Below are positions 1 to 8,766 of a stretch of 42,343 nucleotides of DNA, one piece after another (position 1 is the stretch's first letter; every line of letters begins with the position of its first letter). The position numbers and the translations under genes are program-made. Under the pieces are notes generated by a model. It saw nothing but the letters and a program-made list of their open reading frames with translations. It was not told the origin of the DNA and made no database searches. This DNA is from a virus (lineage: Duplodnaviria; Caudoviricetes): the IMG/VR virus record IMGVR_UViG_3300037424_001802, positions 1 through 42,343 of that record; one strand, 5' to 3'.

Positions 1-1
1 A

Positions 2-724
2 GAATCAATTTATAAAAAAGGGACAAATCATTCTAATTATCCGGAACTTATTTCTGACGAAGAGATAGCCGCTAAACGTGCAACGATGAGTGAGGTATTC
101 TGGAGTTGTCAGTACGAAAATAATCCTATGTCGGAAGGATTAATGATATTTAATTTAGAACGATTATTTTTTATACGCCCCGATCAAATGCAACCAATTA
201 TAGATGAAGCTGCTGGGCAATGGCTTTGTGTTTTTGACCCGAGCTTAGGTAAAGAGTCCAGCGATTATCCTATGACAATTTGGTTATATTTTTATAATGA
301 CACTATTTATGTATATGATGCTATTGATAAAAAAGTTGAATTATCTTTAATCGTGCATCAGATTTCTGCTATGAATCAACGGTTAGGATGTCGTAAATTA
401 CTTTTTGAGGATAATGGAATTACTCTTGTAGAGAAAGCTATTAGAGATGCTCATGCAAGAATAAATCATAAAATAATTTTAGAAAAAATTCATCATTCAT
501 CGAACACTCATAAAGAGGAAAGAATTATATCAATACAGCCAGATCTTTATTCGGGATATGTAAAATTTATGAAAGATTTTAAAACCCGTTATCCAGAAAT
601 GATGGATCAGATAGTATTTTACCCTCAATGGAATTGCGATGATGGTCCTGATGCCCTTGAGATGGGAATATCTTATTTTAGAAAAAAGCACTTTAAATAT
701 GTGGGATTGACAGAGAGTTTGTAA
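2..724 (+). CDS. terL: Terminase large subunit, C-terminal nuclease domain (5'-partial)
   Basis: Frame is open from position 2 (ESIYKKGTNHSNYPELISDEEIAAKRATM...). RNase H-like terminase motifs FDPSLG..SDY, FEDNG, KEERI and DDGPDALE. Confidence 0.88.
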   Translation, partial: ESIYKKGTNHSNYPELISDEEIAAKRATMSEVFWSCQYENNPMSEGLMIFNLERLFFIRPDQMQPIIDEAAGQWLCVFDPSLGKESSDYPMTIWLYFYNDTIYVYDAIDKKVELSLIVHQISAMNQRLGCRKLLFEDNGITLVEKAIRDAHARINHKIILEKIHHSSNTHKEERIISIQPDLYSGYVKFMKDFKTRYPEMMDQIVFYPQWNCDDGPDALEMGISYFRKKHFKYVGLTESL

Positions 725-738
725 AGGAAAATATTATA

Positions 739-1296
739 ATGTATAAGAAAAAAGAACCAAACAAAATTATTTATCAAGATAATATTGTTACTAAATTTTT
801 AGTTGAAACTCAAGAGCATGGAGACTTTGAGATTCTAGTAGACACCGAAGATTATGATAGAATTAAAAATTATAGATGGGGTCTTTCTTTTGGAGAAAAA
901 AGAAACAGTTGTTATATAAAATCTCATTATAAAGAGAATGGTAAATATAAATATTTCTCTTTACATCGTTTTATTTTGGATTTAAAAGATTCGAAAATTT
1001 TATGTGATCATATTAATAGAAACGCTCATGATAATAGGAAGCAAAATTTACGAAAATGTACTCCTTCAGAAAGCACAAGGAATACCAGTGCTTTTAGAAA
1101 AAAGGCTATAAACTTCAAAGGTTTAAGCCAATATAAAGAGACTAATACTTGGCAAGTTCGAATTCAATGTGATGGTAAAAGAATTCTATTAGGATATTTT
1201 AAAGATCCTATCGAGGGTGCAAAAGCCTACAATAAAAAAGCAAAAGAACTATTCGGCGAATTCGCCTATCTAAATCCTATTCCCGAGGAGGTCTAA
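739..1296 (+). CDS. HNH homing endonuclease with C-terminal AP2 domain
   Basis: LHRFIL...CDHINRNAHDNRKQNLR (HNH_3), then FKGL...WQVRI...LLGYF...AKAYNKKAKELFGEFAYLN (AP2). Confidence 0.9.
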   Translation: MYKKKEPNKIIYQDNIVTKFLVETQEHGDFEILVDTEDYDRIKNYRWGLSFGEKRNSCYIKSHYKENGKYKYFSLHRFILDLKDSKILCDHINRNAHDNRKQNLRKCTPSESTRNTSAFRKKAINFKGLSQYKETNTWQVRIQCDGKRILLGYFKDPIEGAKAYNKKAKELFGEFAYLNPIPEEV

Positions 1297-1299
1297 AAT

Positions 1300-1482
1300 A
1301 TGAAATATACTTATTATGTTAGTTTTATTATCCCGGAAAAAAATTCTTATGGGAATGTAGAAGTTTATTCAAAAAAGAAATGGACCACTATAGAACAAAT
1401 TAGAGAAGCAGAAAAGTCAATAAAAGAAGTTCATCATTTAAGCGAAGTAGTTATTCTAAATTATATATTACTTAAAAAGTAA
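1300..1482 (+). CDS. Hypothetical phage protein
   Basis: 60 aa ORF with GAGGAGG RBS upstream, tightly packed. Confidence 0.7.
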   Translation: MKYTYYVSFIIPEKNSYGNVEVYSKKKWTTIEQIREAEKSIKEVHHLSEVVILNYILLKK

Positions 1483-1495
1483 AGAAGAAAAAATA

Positions 1496-1717
1496 ATGAT
1501 AAACCAATTACCACCAGATATTCAAAATCATTTACGTTCTAAAATGGAAATACAGTATGGTGTTATGATATCGTCAGAATTTAGAAATTTAACTGAAGAA
1601 TGGGAAAAGGAGAATAAAGAGTATATTTATAAAAACATTCATGACGCTATAAAAGAGCATAGAATCAAATACCCTAAAAGTAGAGAACACTATGATTTTT
1701 ATGGGAATGAAATTTAA
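1496..1717 (+). CDS. Hypothetical protein
   Basis: 73 aa ORF in the co-oriented gene string. Confidence 0.55.
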   Translation: MINQLPPDIQNHLRSKMEIQYGVMISSEFRNLTEEWEKENKEYIYKNIHDAIKEHRIKYPKSREHYDFYGNEI

Positions 1718-1742
1718 ATAAAAATAACAATAAAAAGTAAAT

Positions 1743-2108
1743 ATGAAAATTATAGAAATAGAAAATTGTTGGACATGCCCGTATCATAATGAAGACAAAG
1801 GGTTTAAAGCCGGAGTAATACATTGTGGTATAGTTGAATATTTGGATAAGGAATATAGAAATAAAGTTCACAAAAATTGTCCATTAGAAGACGATAAAAA
1901 TAAAAACGGAGTTAAAATGAAAACAATAAACATAAATAAGGTGATAAGAGAGATAGAAAATAAAAAACGTAGATTAAGTATATATTTCCCGGAAGGATAC
2001 ACAGATTTTGCGAAGGGTGTTAGATATGCTTGTGATTATGTTAATAAAATAATAAAAGAGAACATCAAAGAAATAGACAACGATTTATTAAGACTTAAAA
2101 TGGATTAA
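1743..2108 (+). CDS. Hypothetical protein, Cys-rich N-terminal half (possible fusion of two small genes)
   Basis: CWTCPYH...HC...HKNCPL; in-frame internal ATG at 1917 with GGAG upstream. Confidence 0.65.
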   Translation: MKIIEIENCWTCPYHNEDKGFKAGVIHCGIVEYLDKEYRNKVHKNCPLEDDKNKNGVKMKTININKVIREIENKKRRLSIYFPEGYTDFAKGVRYACDYVNKIIKENIKEIDNDLLRLKMD

Positions 2109-2112
2109 AATA

Positions 2113-2388
2113 ATGTCTAAAATAAAACCTGAAAGTAATAAGAAATATCCGACAGTAGGTGAAATGTTAGATTATATCTATGCGAATGATATTCCAATGA
2201 ATGCAATAGTTACATGTGAACAACTTAGTGATTTTTATTTAGAAGATAAGTTAGAAACTACTGAAAGTTGGGATTATTACGAAACAGAAAAAACTGATTG
2301 GGATTTTCCTAAGAAACTTATTCCGGCGCATAACGGATTTGGTACAGCTTTAAAGAAAAAATTATTTGTAATTTGGATGCATTATTAA
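2113..2388 (+). CDS. Hypothetical protein
   Basis: 91 aa ORF, tight spacing to neighbours. Confidence 0.7.
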   Translation: MSKIKPESNKKYPTVGEMLDYIYANDIPMNAIVTCEQLSDFYLEDKLETTESWDYYETEKTDWDFPKKLIPAHNGFGTALKKKLFVIWMHY

Positions 2389-2395
2389 AAACAAT

Positions 2396-2935
2396 ATGAC
2401 GCATTATGAATTATGTAAGATAACAGCAGAACGGTTTTTAAAAGAATCTGATATTGTATTATTTGAATATCAAACAGTAGTAAGTTCTGAACATCCTGAT
2501 GTATTATGTTATAATGGTGGATATACTACATTATTTGAGATTAAATTAGATCTACAAGATTTTAAGAAAGACATTTTAAAATCTTGTAGAATACAAAATA
2601 AATTTCATTGTGATTTTCATGTTTATACAAGAGATTATAATAAAACAATAAAAATAATCTGGGATAAGCCTGAAATGCAGCAATTCGTTATAGAGCATCC
2701 TCATCTCGGTCGAAGGAGATATTATGTTTGTCCGAAAGGATTGATACAACCGGAAGAAATTAGTAATGGTTGGGGTTTATATTGGTATAATGGTAAATTT
2801 AGTTTAAAAAAAGAATCCAGGCAATTTAGGCATGACATGTTTAGAGAAAATATTTTGCTGTCTCATGCGACAAGAAAGATGGGGAATGGACATTCTGAAA
2901 ATATACTGATTAGAAAGTACGAAAAAAATTATTAA
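2396..2935 (+). CDS. PD-(D/E)XK nuclease-like protein (MmcB/DUF1052-like)
   Basis: EHPDV...TLFEIK...DFKKD..K and GRRRYYVCPKGLI....WGL pattern. Confidence 0.65.
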   Translation: MTHYELCKITAERFLKESDIVLFEYQTVVSSEHPDVLCYNGGYTTLFEIKLDLQDFKKDILKSCRIQNKFHCDFHVYTRDYNKTIKIIWDKPEMQQFVIEHPHLGRRRYYVCPKGLIQPEEISNGWGLYWYNGKFSLKKESRQFRHDMFRENILLSHATRKMGNGHSENILIRKYEKNY

Positions 2936-2954
2936 AACAACAAGGAGAAATAAA

Positions 2955-3266
2955 ATGGATATGGATGATGAAGTAAAAGAAGTTTACAAAAGTTTTTGGA
3001 AACCAATATTAGGATTTTTTGGCTTACTAAATTTCAGACAAGTTAAAAGAGAATTACATGATTTTCATATATGCATTGAGAATGTCCCGAAAGTTTATAT
3101 GGAAGTTACGAGAGGACGTATCAGCAAAGCGAATACTTTAGCATGGGAAGTTATCGGTGAATATGAAAACGATTTAATGGACAATTATATACATAAAGAT
3201 GATTTGAGATATATCATTGAAAATTTCAAAGGAAAGAGTTTAATAAAAGAGTTAAATAAACTTTAA
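2955..3266 (+). CDS. Hypothetical phage protein
   Basis: AAGGAG RBS; 103 aa. Confidence 0.75.
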   Translation: MDMDDEVKEVYKSFWKPILGFFGLLNFRQVKRELHDFHICIENVPKVYMEVTRGRISKANTLAWEVIGEYENDLMDNYIHKDDLRYIIENFKGKSLIKELNKL

Positions 3267-3287
3267 ACAACAAAGGAGAAATAAACA

Positions 3288-3515
3288 ATGGCAGCAACAT
3301 CAAAAGCAAAAGCGAAGGGACGAAAAATCGGCCACACAAAAAACAAACCGTGTCAGCAGAGATACACACAATCAAAACGTTGGGAAAAGAATAAACTTCG
3401 CCGGGCAAAGATAATGGCGAACAAATTTGGTCACGCAATTAAAATAAAGTTTGACGGCGTGATAGAAATGATTAGACCGGATAAAGGTAAAGAAAAGATT
3501 AAGGAGGAGAAATAA
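3288..3515 (+). CDS. Small, very basic (Lys/Arg-rich) protein, possibly nucleic-acid binding
   Basis: AAGGAG RBS; basic composition. Confidence 0.7.
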   Translation: MAATSKAKAKGRKIGHTKNKPCQQRYTQSKRWEKNKLRRAKIMANKFGHAIKIKFDGVIEMIRPDKGKEKIKEEK

Positions 3516-3516
3516 A

Positions 3517-3948
3517 ATGGAAAATGTTATTGGGGTATTAGATAATTTAGCGAAAGATTTAAATGGGAGAATTGATGAGATTGGAATATTGCCGGATGAC
3601 TCTGGGTTTGCGATGATGTCTTTCCCTCTTTCGAAAGATCATTGGCTATATGAGGATAGATATAATATACCTCCAATGCCTTTACGTTTAGGGACAGAAG
3701 GAGAGATGACTTTTTCTTTAAATGATGATAAAGATCAACATTGTTGGACAAAAAAAGAATTTGCTAATAAAATTCGTGAAGCAGCAAAATACGCTATTCG
3801 GGTATCAACAATGAATGGTAAAGACGAAGACTTTGATCCTGATGCTATGGTTCAAAATTTTATTGTTGGATTATCAGGTTATTGGACCTCAGATGGTTAT
3901 TCTTCGTTTCCAGAAGATAATCTAAAAAAGGAGACCGTAAATGAATAA
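3517..3948 (+). CDS. Hypothetical phage protein
   Basis: GGAGGAG RBS; 143 aa. Confidence 0.75.
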   Translation: MENVIGVLDNLAKDLNGRIDEIGILPDDSGFAMMSFPLSKDHWLYEDRYNIPPMPLRLGTEGEMTFSLNDDKDQHCWTKKEFANKIREAAKYAIRVSTMNGKDEDFDPDAMVQNFIVGLSGYWTSDGYSSFPEDNLKKETVNE

Positions 3949-4144
3949 TCCGTTCAAAAAATATGGACATTCCCCACAAAGAACCTTCACCGGCAATTGG
4001 ACGCGAACTCTAACCGGGGTAAATGCTAAAGAACATTTTGGAGATGGCAAATGGGAACCGGTGGGTTTAAAAATAACCTTTGATAAACAGATTTACATTC
4101 CGGAAGAGATAGTAAATATAAAAATAGAAATTGATAGGAGGTAA
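3941..4144 (+). CDS. Hypothetical protein
   Basis: AGGAG RBS; overlaps the upstream stop. Confidence 0.6.
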   Translation: MNNPFKKYGHSPQRTFTGNWTRTLTGVNAKEHFGDGKWEPVGLKITFDKQIYIPEEIVNIKIEIDRR

Positions 4145-4145
4145 C

Positions 4146-4412
4146 ATGCCATATATCAAGGAATTAGATAGAGTTAAATTCAAACCTATTTTAGAAGAAT
4201 TCGATAAAATAATATTACATTCTTTAATAAGCACTGGAGATATGAATTATCTTATTACTAAAATGGTTCATAATTTTTTAGATGAGAAAGGGGTATCCTA
4301 TAAAAATATAAATGAAATGATTGGAGTTCTGGAGTGCGCGAAACTGGAGCTTTATAGAAAGATTGCTAGTCCTTATGAAGATGAGAAAGAAAAAACAAAT
4401 GGTAAAATATAA
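4146..4412 (+). CDS. DUF6899-like phage protein
   Basis: MPYIK...GDMNYLIT...GVLECAKLELYRK..SPYEDEK..NG; ATG 4146 follows GGAGG and is preferred over TTG 4131. Confidence 0.75.
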   Translation: MPYIKELDRVKFKPILEEFDKIILHSLISTGDMNYLITKMVHNFLDEKGVSYKNINEMIGVLECAKLELYRKIASPYEDEKEKTNGKI

Positions 4413-4432
4413 AATTTCAAAGGAGAAATAAA

Positions 4433-5668
4433 TTGCCGTATTCAAACGATACGCTTTTAAGAATTCACGAATATTATTCTGAACATGGAGAACAGGAAAC
4501 TTGTAAAAAGTTTAGTATTAAGTCTTCCACTCTTGATCGGCTTATTAGAAAGTTTAATAATGTTGGTAAAGAGGATACCCCTCAAAAAAGATATGATTTT
4601 GAAAGAATTGATGCTGATGGTAATGTTGAGTTATCGCTGGTAAGTTCGGAATTGAAAACTGTTGATGAGTTGCTTGCTTATTCTAAAATTGATACGAATA
4701 TTTTTGAAGTTACTAAAGTCGTAAGTAATAGTTGGGGAAGTATAGAAAATCCGTCATTTCAAATAAAGATATTCCTTAAAAGAAAAGATGTTGAAGAAAT
4801 AAATATTGAAGAAGTATGTAATAGCATTATTGAAAAGATAGGGAAGTATAGTGTTCCGTCTGTGATAAAACATAAACCAGATAAAGAAGGATTTTTGTGG
4901 GAAGTGGCCTTAGTAGATCATCACCTCGGGCAATTATCATGGGATAAAGAGGTGGGTATTAATTATGATGTTGATATCGCACAAAGACTGTATAACGAGT
5001 CAATATCTTATTTAATTGATAAAGTTCAACCTTATAAAATAAATAAGATATTATATGTAGTAGGCAATGATTTTTTCAATGTTAGTTCACAATTTAATAC
5101 AACAACTGCTGGTACGAAGCAAGCTGAAGATGGTCGCTATCAAAGGTCATTTAATCGAGGAATAGATATCCATGTAGACGCAATCAACATATTAAAGAAA
5201 ATAGCAGATGTGGACGCTATAATTATACCAGGGAATCATTCCGGAGAAAGGGAATTTTATCTTGGTGCTGTTCTTCAAGCATGGTTTAAAAATGATAAAA
5301 ATGTAAATATTGATAATAGACCAATGAGTAGAAAATATTATAGATATGGAAAAAATTTATTGGGCCTCGCTCATGCAGACCCTAAAGAGATAAAATTAGA
5401 TCGTCTTCTCGGCCTTATGCCTATTGAAGCGAAAACAGACTGGGCATTAGCAACAAATTACGAATGGCATTGTGCCCACCTTCATCATGATGCTAAAATG
5501 CAACATAATCTTAAAACTGAGAACGGGATAAAAGTCAGAAGATTGAATACTTTAGTTGCTATTGATGATTGGCATTTTAACTCAGCATATCTTCGGATAC
5601 AAGAAGCACAGACTTTTTTATGGCATCCCGAATTTGCGGATATAGTACATATAAATCATAGGATATAA
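4433..5668 (+). CDS. Calcineurin-like metallophosphoesterase with N-terminal HTH
   Basis: DHHLG, GNDFF, PGNH, AHAD and HLHH motifs in the canonical order; TTG start after AAGGAG. Confidence 0.85.
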   Translation: MPYSNDTLLRIHEYYSEHGEQETCKKFSIKSSTLDRLIRKFNNVGKEDTPQKRYDFERIDADGNVELSLVSSELKTVDELLAYSKIDTNIFEVTKVVSNSWGSIENPSFQIKIFLKRKDVEEINIEEVCNSIIEKIGKYSVPSVIKHKPDKEGFLWEVALVDHHLGQLSWDKEVGINYDVDIAQRLYNESISYLIDKVQPYKINKILYVVGNDFFNVSSQFNTTTAGTKQAEDGRYQRSFNRGIDIHVDAINILKKIADVDAIIIPGNHSGEREFYLGAVLQAWFKNDKNVNIDNRPMSRKYYRYGKNLLGLAHADPKEIKLDRLLGLMPIEAKTDWALATNYEWHCAHLHHDAKMQHNLKTENGIKVRRLNTLVAIDDWHFNSAYLRIQEAQTFLWHPEFADIVHINHRI

Positions 5669-5671
5669 TAT

Positions 5672-6502
5672 ATGAAGAATAAAATTATTTACCAAGATGA
5701 AAAGATTGTTGAATTTTTAGTTAATAATAAAAATTATGGAGAAATAGCAGTAAAAATAGATACTGAAAATTTAAATAAAATAATTAATTATGATTGGAGA
5801 TATCAAGTTCGTAGAAACGGAGAAAAATTTGTTCTCTCTTGTCCCTATAAAAACATAGAAAAGAAAACTATTCCATTATCTAAATTAATTTTTGGTAAAG
5901 AAAGAAGAGTTATTTATAGGATAAATCCATTAGATTTAGACTATAGAAAAGAGAATATAAAGATTTTTAGAAAAAATAATATTACTTATCAAGATAATGA
6001 AATTACTAAAATTTTAATTGAAGATAATAAATATGGTAATTTTGAAACTATTATAGATACTGAAGATTATGAAAAAATTCAAAATTATAGATGGACATTA
6101 AATGTTTCTCAAAATGGATATAAAAGACCTATATATACTTTTTATAAAAAAGAGAAAAGAATGGTATATTTTGTTCATCAATTAATAGTTCCATATAAAC
6201 ATACGGATCATATTGATAGGAACCCATTTAATTGTAGAAAAAATAATCTTAGAGAGAGTAATAAAATCACAAATGGACAAAACAGAGGGAAGAATAAAAA
6301 TAATACAACTGGTTTTAAAGGAGTAACGTTTAGAAAATATAACAATACTTATTCTGCTGAAATAATGTTTAATAGAAAAAGAATTAGAATACATGGATTT
6401 CAAGACAAAATAGATGCTGCTAAAAAATATAACGAACTTGCACTTAAATATCATAAAGAATTCGCTTGCTTAAATATAATTCCGGAGGAGGTTCAAAAAT
6501 GA
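5672..6502 (+). CDS. HNH-AP2 homing endonuclease with duplicated N-terminal region
   Basis: TDHIDRNPFNCRKNNLR plus TTGFKGV...AAKKYNELALKYHKEFACLN; paralog of 739..1296. Confidence 0.88.
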   Translation: MKNKIIYQDEKIVEFLVNNKNYGEIAVKIDTENLNKIINYDWRYQVRRNGEKFVLSCPYKNIEKKTIPLSKLIFGKERRVIYRINPLDLDYRKENIKIFRKNNITYQDNEITKILIEDNKYGNFETIIDTEDYEKIQNYRWTLNVSQNGYKRPIYTFYKKEKRMVYFVHQLIVPYKHTDHIDRNPFNCRKNNLRESNKITNGQNRGKNKNNTTGFKGVTFRKYNNTYSAEIMFNRKRIRIHGFQDKIDAAKKYNELALKYHKEFACLNIIPEEVQK

Positions 6503-6963
6503 GTTGTCAAATATGTGGAGGTAAAGATGGGCACCATTTTGTTGACTGCAACAAAATGGTAGGAGTTTTACAGAAAGATATGATTAATAAAGCTGAAGAT
6601 GGAGTTTTAAAAATGTACGAAACAAACAATACTTTCCCGTTAAAAGAAGATGGTGCTGTAGTATATGATATTTCAAAAGAATCTACTACCCAGGAAAAGA
6701 TAGATACCCTTTTCTATAATTTTAAAGAGTTCCTTAAAGAGAAGAATATACGATACGGAGATTCTGCGCTTAACCCTTTACAAATATTTCCAATTAATGA
6801 TCCTGAAATATTAGAATTATGTGTACGAGCTAATGATAAATGTTCGAGAATAAAAAACAGTAAAGAGGGGTTGAGGAGATCAGATGTTTGTGATTTATTT
6901 GGTTACATATCTTTAATTATGATTAAAAAAGGATGGTTAAAATTCGATGAGGAAATAGATTGA
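6499..6963 (+). CDS. DUF1599 / nucleotide-modification-associated domain protein
   Basis: LKEKNIRYGDSALNP...RANDKCSRI...DLFGY; ATG 6499 follows GGAGGAGG. Confidence 0.7.
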   Translation: MSCQICGGKDGHHFVDCNKMVGVLQKDMINKAEDGVLKMYETNNTFPLKEDGAVVYDISKESTTQEKIDTLFYNFKEFLKEKNIRYGDSALNPLQIFPINDPEILELCVRANDKCSRIKNSKEGLRRSDVCDLFGYISLIMIKKGWLKFDEEID

Positions 6964-7829
6964 GATTTATGAAAAAACCTCGGTTATTAGATTTGGATCA
7001 ACTTTCTTGGATTAAAAGAAATATTGATAAATATCCTCATAATAAAGAATTAGCAAAATATTTTAATATTACAACTAAACAAATAAAAGATTTTTTATTT
7101 ACTCATGGTATTAGAAGATCCTATACGAATAAGGGACGAGTCATATTTAATGAAAACTTTTTTGGAAAGTATAATGCATTGTCTTGTTATTGGGCTGGAT
7201 TTATTGCAGCTGATGGATGCATTTCTACAAGAAAAAATCAAAAAGATAAATTTTTAACGATCAATTTACAAATCAAAGACAGAATCCATTTAAAGAACTT
7301 CATTAAACATATTAATGGTTATCGGTTAAAAATTATAGAAAGAAACTCTACTATAAACAATAAAATATTTAAATATTGTAGTGTTATTTTATATAATAAT
7401 AAAATAGTTTCTGATTTAAAAAATAATTTTAATATCATAGAAAGGAAAACCTTAAAATTACAATTTCCAGACATTCCAATTAAATATTATTTAGACTTTA
7501 TTAGAGGATATATTGATGGAGATGGATGTCTATCTTTGCATAAAGACAGACAAAGTATAGTGTTACATTTATCTTTTGTTGGAAATGAATCTTTTATAAA
7601 AAGAATAGGAGAAATAATAAATAAAAAATATTCGTTTTCTATATATAAAAATGATTTATGTTGCATTAAGTATAATTTTCATAATAGTATTAAGGCTTGT
7701 CAAAAAATATATTTTCCGATAAATAAATTTTGTCTAGATAGAAAACGGAAAAAATATTTCGATCTTATTGAGTCTATAACTAATATTCAAAAGAGTCGAA
7801 TAAATAAAAAAGGTATTGTTATTGATTGA
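6960..7829 (+). CDS. Free-standing LAGLIDADG endonuclease with N-terminal HTH (start may be ATG 6969)
   Basis: Two motifs, YWAGFIAADGCI and FIRGYIDGDGCL; no intein C-terminal HN/C signature. Confidence 0.88.
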   Translation: MRFMKKPRLLDLDQLSWIKRNIDKYPHNKELAKYFNITTKQIKDFLFTHGIRRSYTNKGRVIFNENFFGKYNALSCYWAGFIAADGCISTRKNQKDKFLTINLQIKDRIHLKNFIKHINGYRLKIIERNSTINNKIFKYCSVILYNNKIVSDLKNNFNIIERKTLKLQFPDIPIKYYLDFIRGYIDGDGCLSLHKDRQSIVLHLSFVGNESFIKRIGEIINKKYSFSIYKNDLCCIKYNFHNSIKACQKIYFPINKFCLDRKRKKYFDLIESITNIQKSRINKKGIVID

Positions 7830-7869
7830 AAATAATTGGTTAGAATTTAAGGACTTATTGGATTAAAAT

Positions 7870-8154
7870 ATGAAGGTCACTGTAAATTTTAAAACTTTAA
7901 TCGGACGTGGATTTGGTGGTTATATAAAAGGTTCAGTAAAAAAGAAAGGTGTTGCTCAAGTGATAATTGATATCGATGCAATACTTAACTGTTGTAGTGA
8001 TCCGAAAAATAAAGAACTTGCTTTTAAAGAAATATTTTGTGAAGCTGTAACACATGAAATTTTTCATGCAATAGAAGATTTGTTTGATAAATCATTTAAT
8101 CACAAAAGGATAAATAAAGCATTAAATCAAATTATTAAGGAGAAACAAAGATGA
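7870..8154 (+). CDS. Minimal zincin-like metallopeptidase
   Basis: VTHEIFHAIE (HExxH). Confidence 0.55.
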   Translation: MKVTVNFKTLIGRGFGGYIKGSVKKKGVAQVIIDIDAILNCCSDPKNKELAFKEIFCEAVTHEIFHAIEDLFDKSFNHKRINKALNQIIKEKQR

Positions 8155-8486
8155 TAAAAGTTTATATTGCAGGTGCTTTAAATTCAGATGCGGTTGGTTA
8201 TATTAAAAATATGCATAAAATGATTGAATGGGCGGATAAAGTTAGAAGAGCTGGATTTTGTGTTTATGTTCCTTGCGTTGATTTTTTAATAGGACTCCAA
8301 ATAGGTGATTATGAGTATAAAGATTACTTTGATAATGGACAACCTTGGCTTGAGGTATCAGATGCGGTATTTTTAGTCCCTGGATATGAGAATTCAAAAG
8401 GGACATTAAAAGAAATAGAAAGAGCTAAGGAACTTGAAATTCCGATATTTACTGATATTAAAAATATGTTTGAACATTATAACTAA
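8151..8486 (+). CDS. DUF4406 / nucleoside 2-deoxyribosyltransferase-like protein
   Basis: KVYIAG...SDAVFLVPGYENSKGTLKEIERAKELEIPIF. Confidence 0.8.
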   Translation: MIKVYIAGALNSDAVGYIKNMHKMIEWADKVRRAGFCVYVPCVDFLIGLQIGDYEYKDYFDNGQPWLEVSDAVFLVPGYENSKGTLKEIERAKELEIPIFTDIKNMFEHYN

Positions 8487-8497
8487 TCCCCCTTTAT

Positions 8498-8535
8498 AAT
8501 CAGGGTATCGCCATATCCCTGATTTCCTACTCTTT
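8498..8535 (+). terminator. Probable intrinsic terminator ending the accessory operon
   Basis: AATCAGGG (8498-8505) pairs with CCCTGATT (8517-8524), followed by a pyrimidine run, just after the last accessory gene. Confidence 0.55.
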
Positions 8536-8545
8536 AAATATAAAA

Positions 8546-8582
8546 AATTTTACTTGAAACATTTGAAATATTCCCGTATATT
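8546..8582 (+). promoter_or_regulatory. Sigma70-type promoter for the head module, with AATTTTACTTG motif
   Basis: TTGAAA (8554-8559), 17 bp spacer, TATATT (8577-8582). Confidence 0.65.
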
Positions 8583-8590
8583 ATAATTGA

Positions 8591-8760
8591 TTTTGGCTCT
8601 CAAAACTTTCTAAGGAGAAACGGTTCTTCTAAGAAAGAATTTTTCACCTCTCTTTGGGAGGAGAAAAATCTTGCTCTTTGTTTGTTTTCGGGCGTTCTAC
8701 GATACAGAACAAAGTTTCGCGGCTCGGCGATAAGAGCATTTTTTAAAAATTTAGCCGCGG
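8591..8760 (+). ncRNA. Structured 5' leader or candidate cis-regulatory RNA upstream of the portal gene
   Basis: Consecutive hairpins at 8591-8605, 8606-8637, 8639-8669 and 8676-8714, plus CGCGGCT/AGCCGCG pairing next to the RBS. Confidence 0.5.
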
Positions 8761-8766
8761 GAATAC

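Noticed and set aside
6466-6498. TTG-started extension of the DUF1599-like gene (similarly 4131..4145)
   Set aside because: Strong GGAGG sites sit just before the downstream ATGs at 6499 and 4146.
6960-7829. Intein-associated LAGLIDADG
   Set aside because: No N-terminal Cys/Ser splicing block, no HN-C/S/T end and no host extein.
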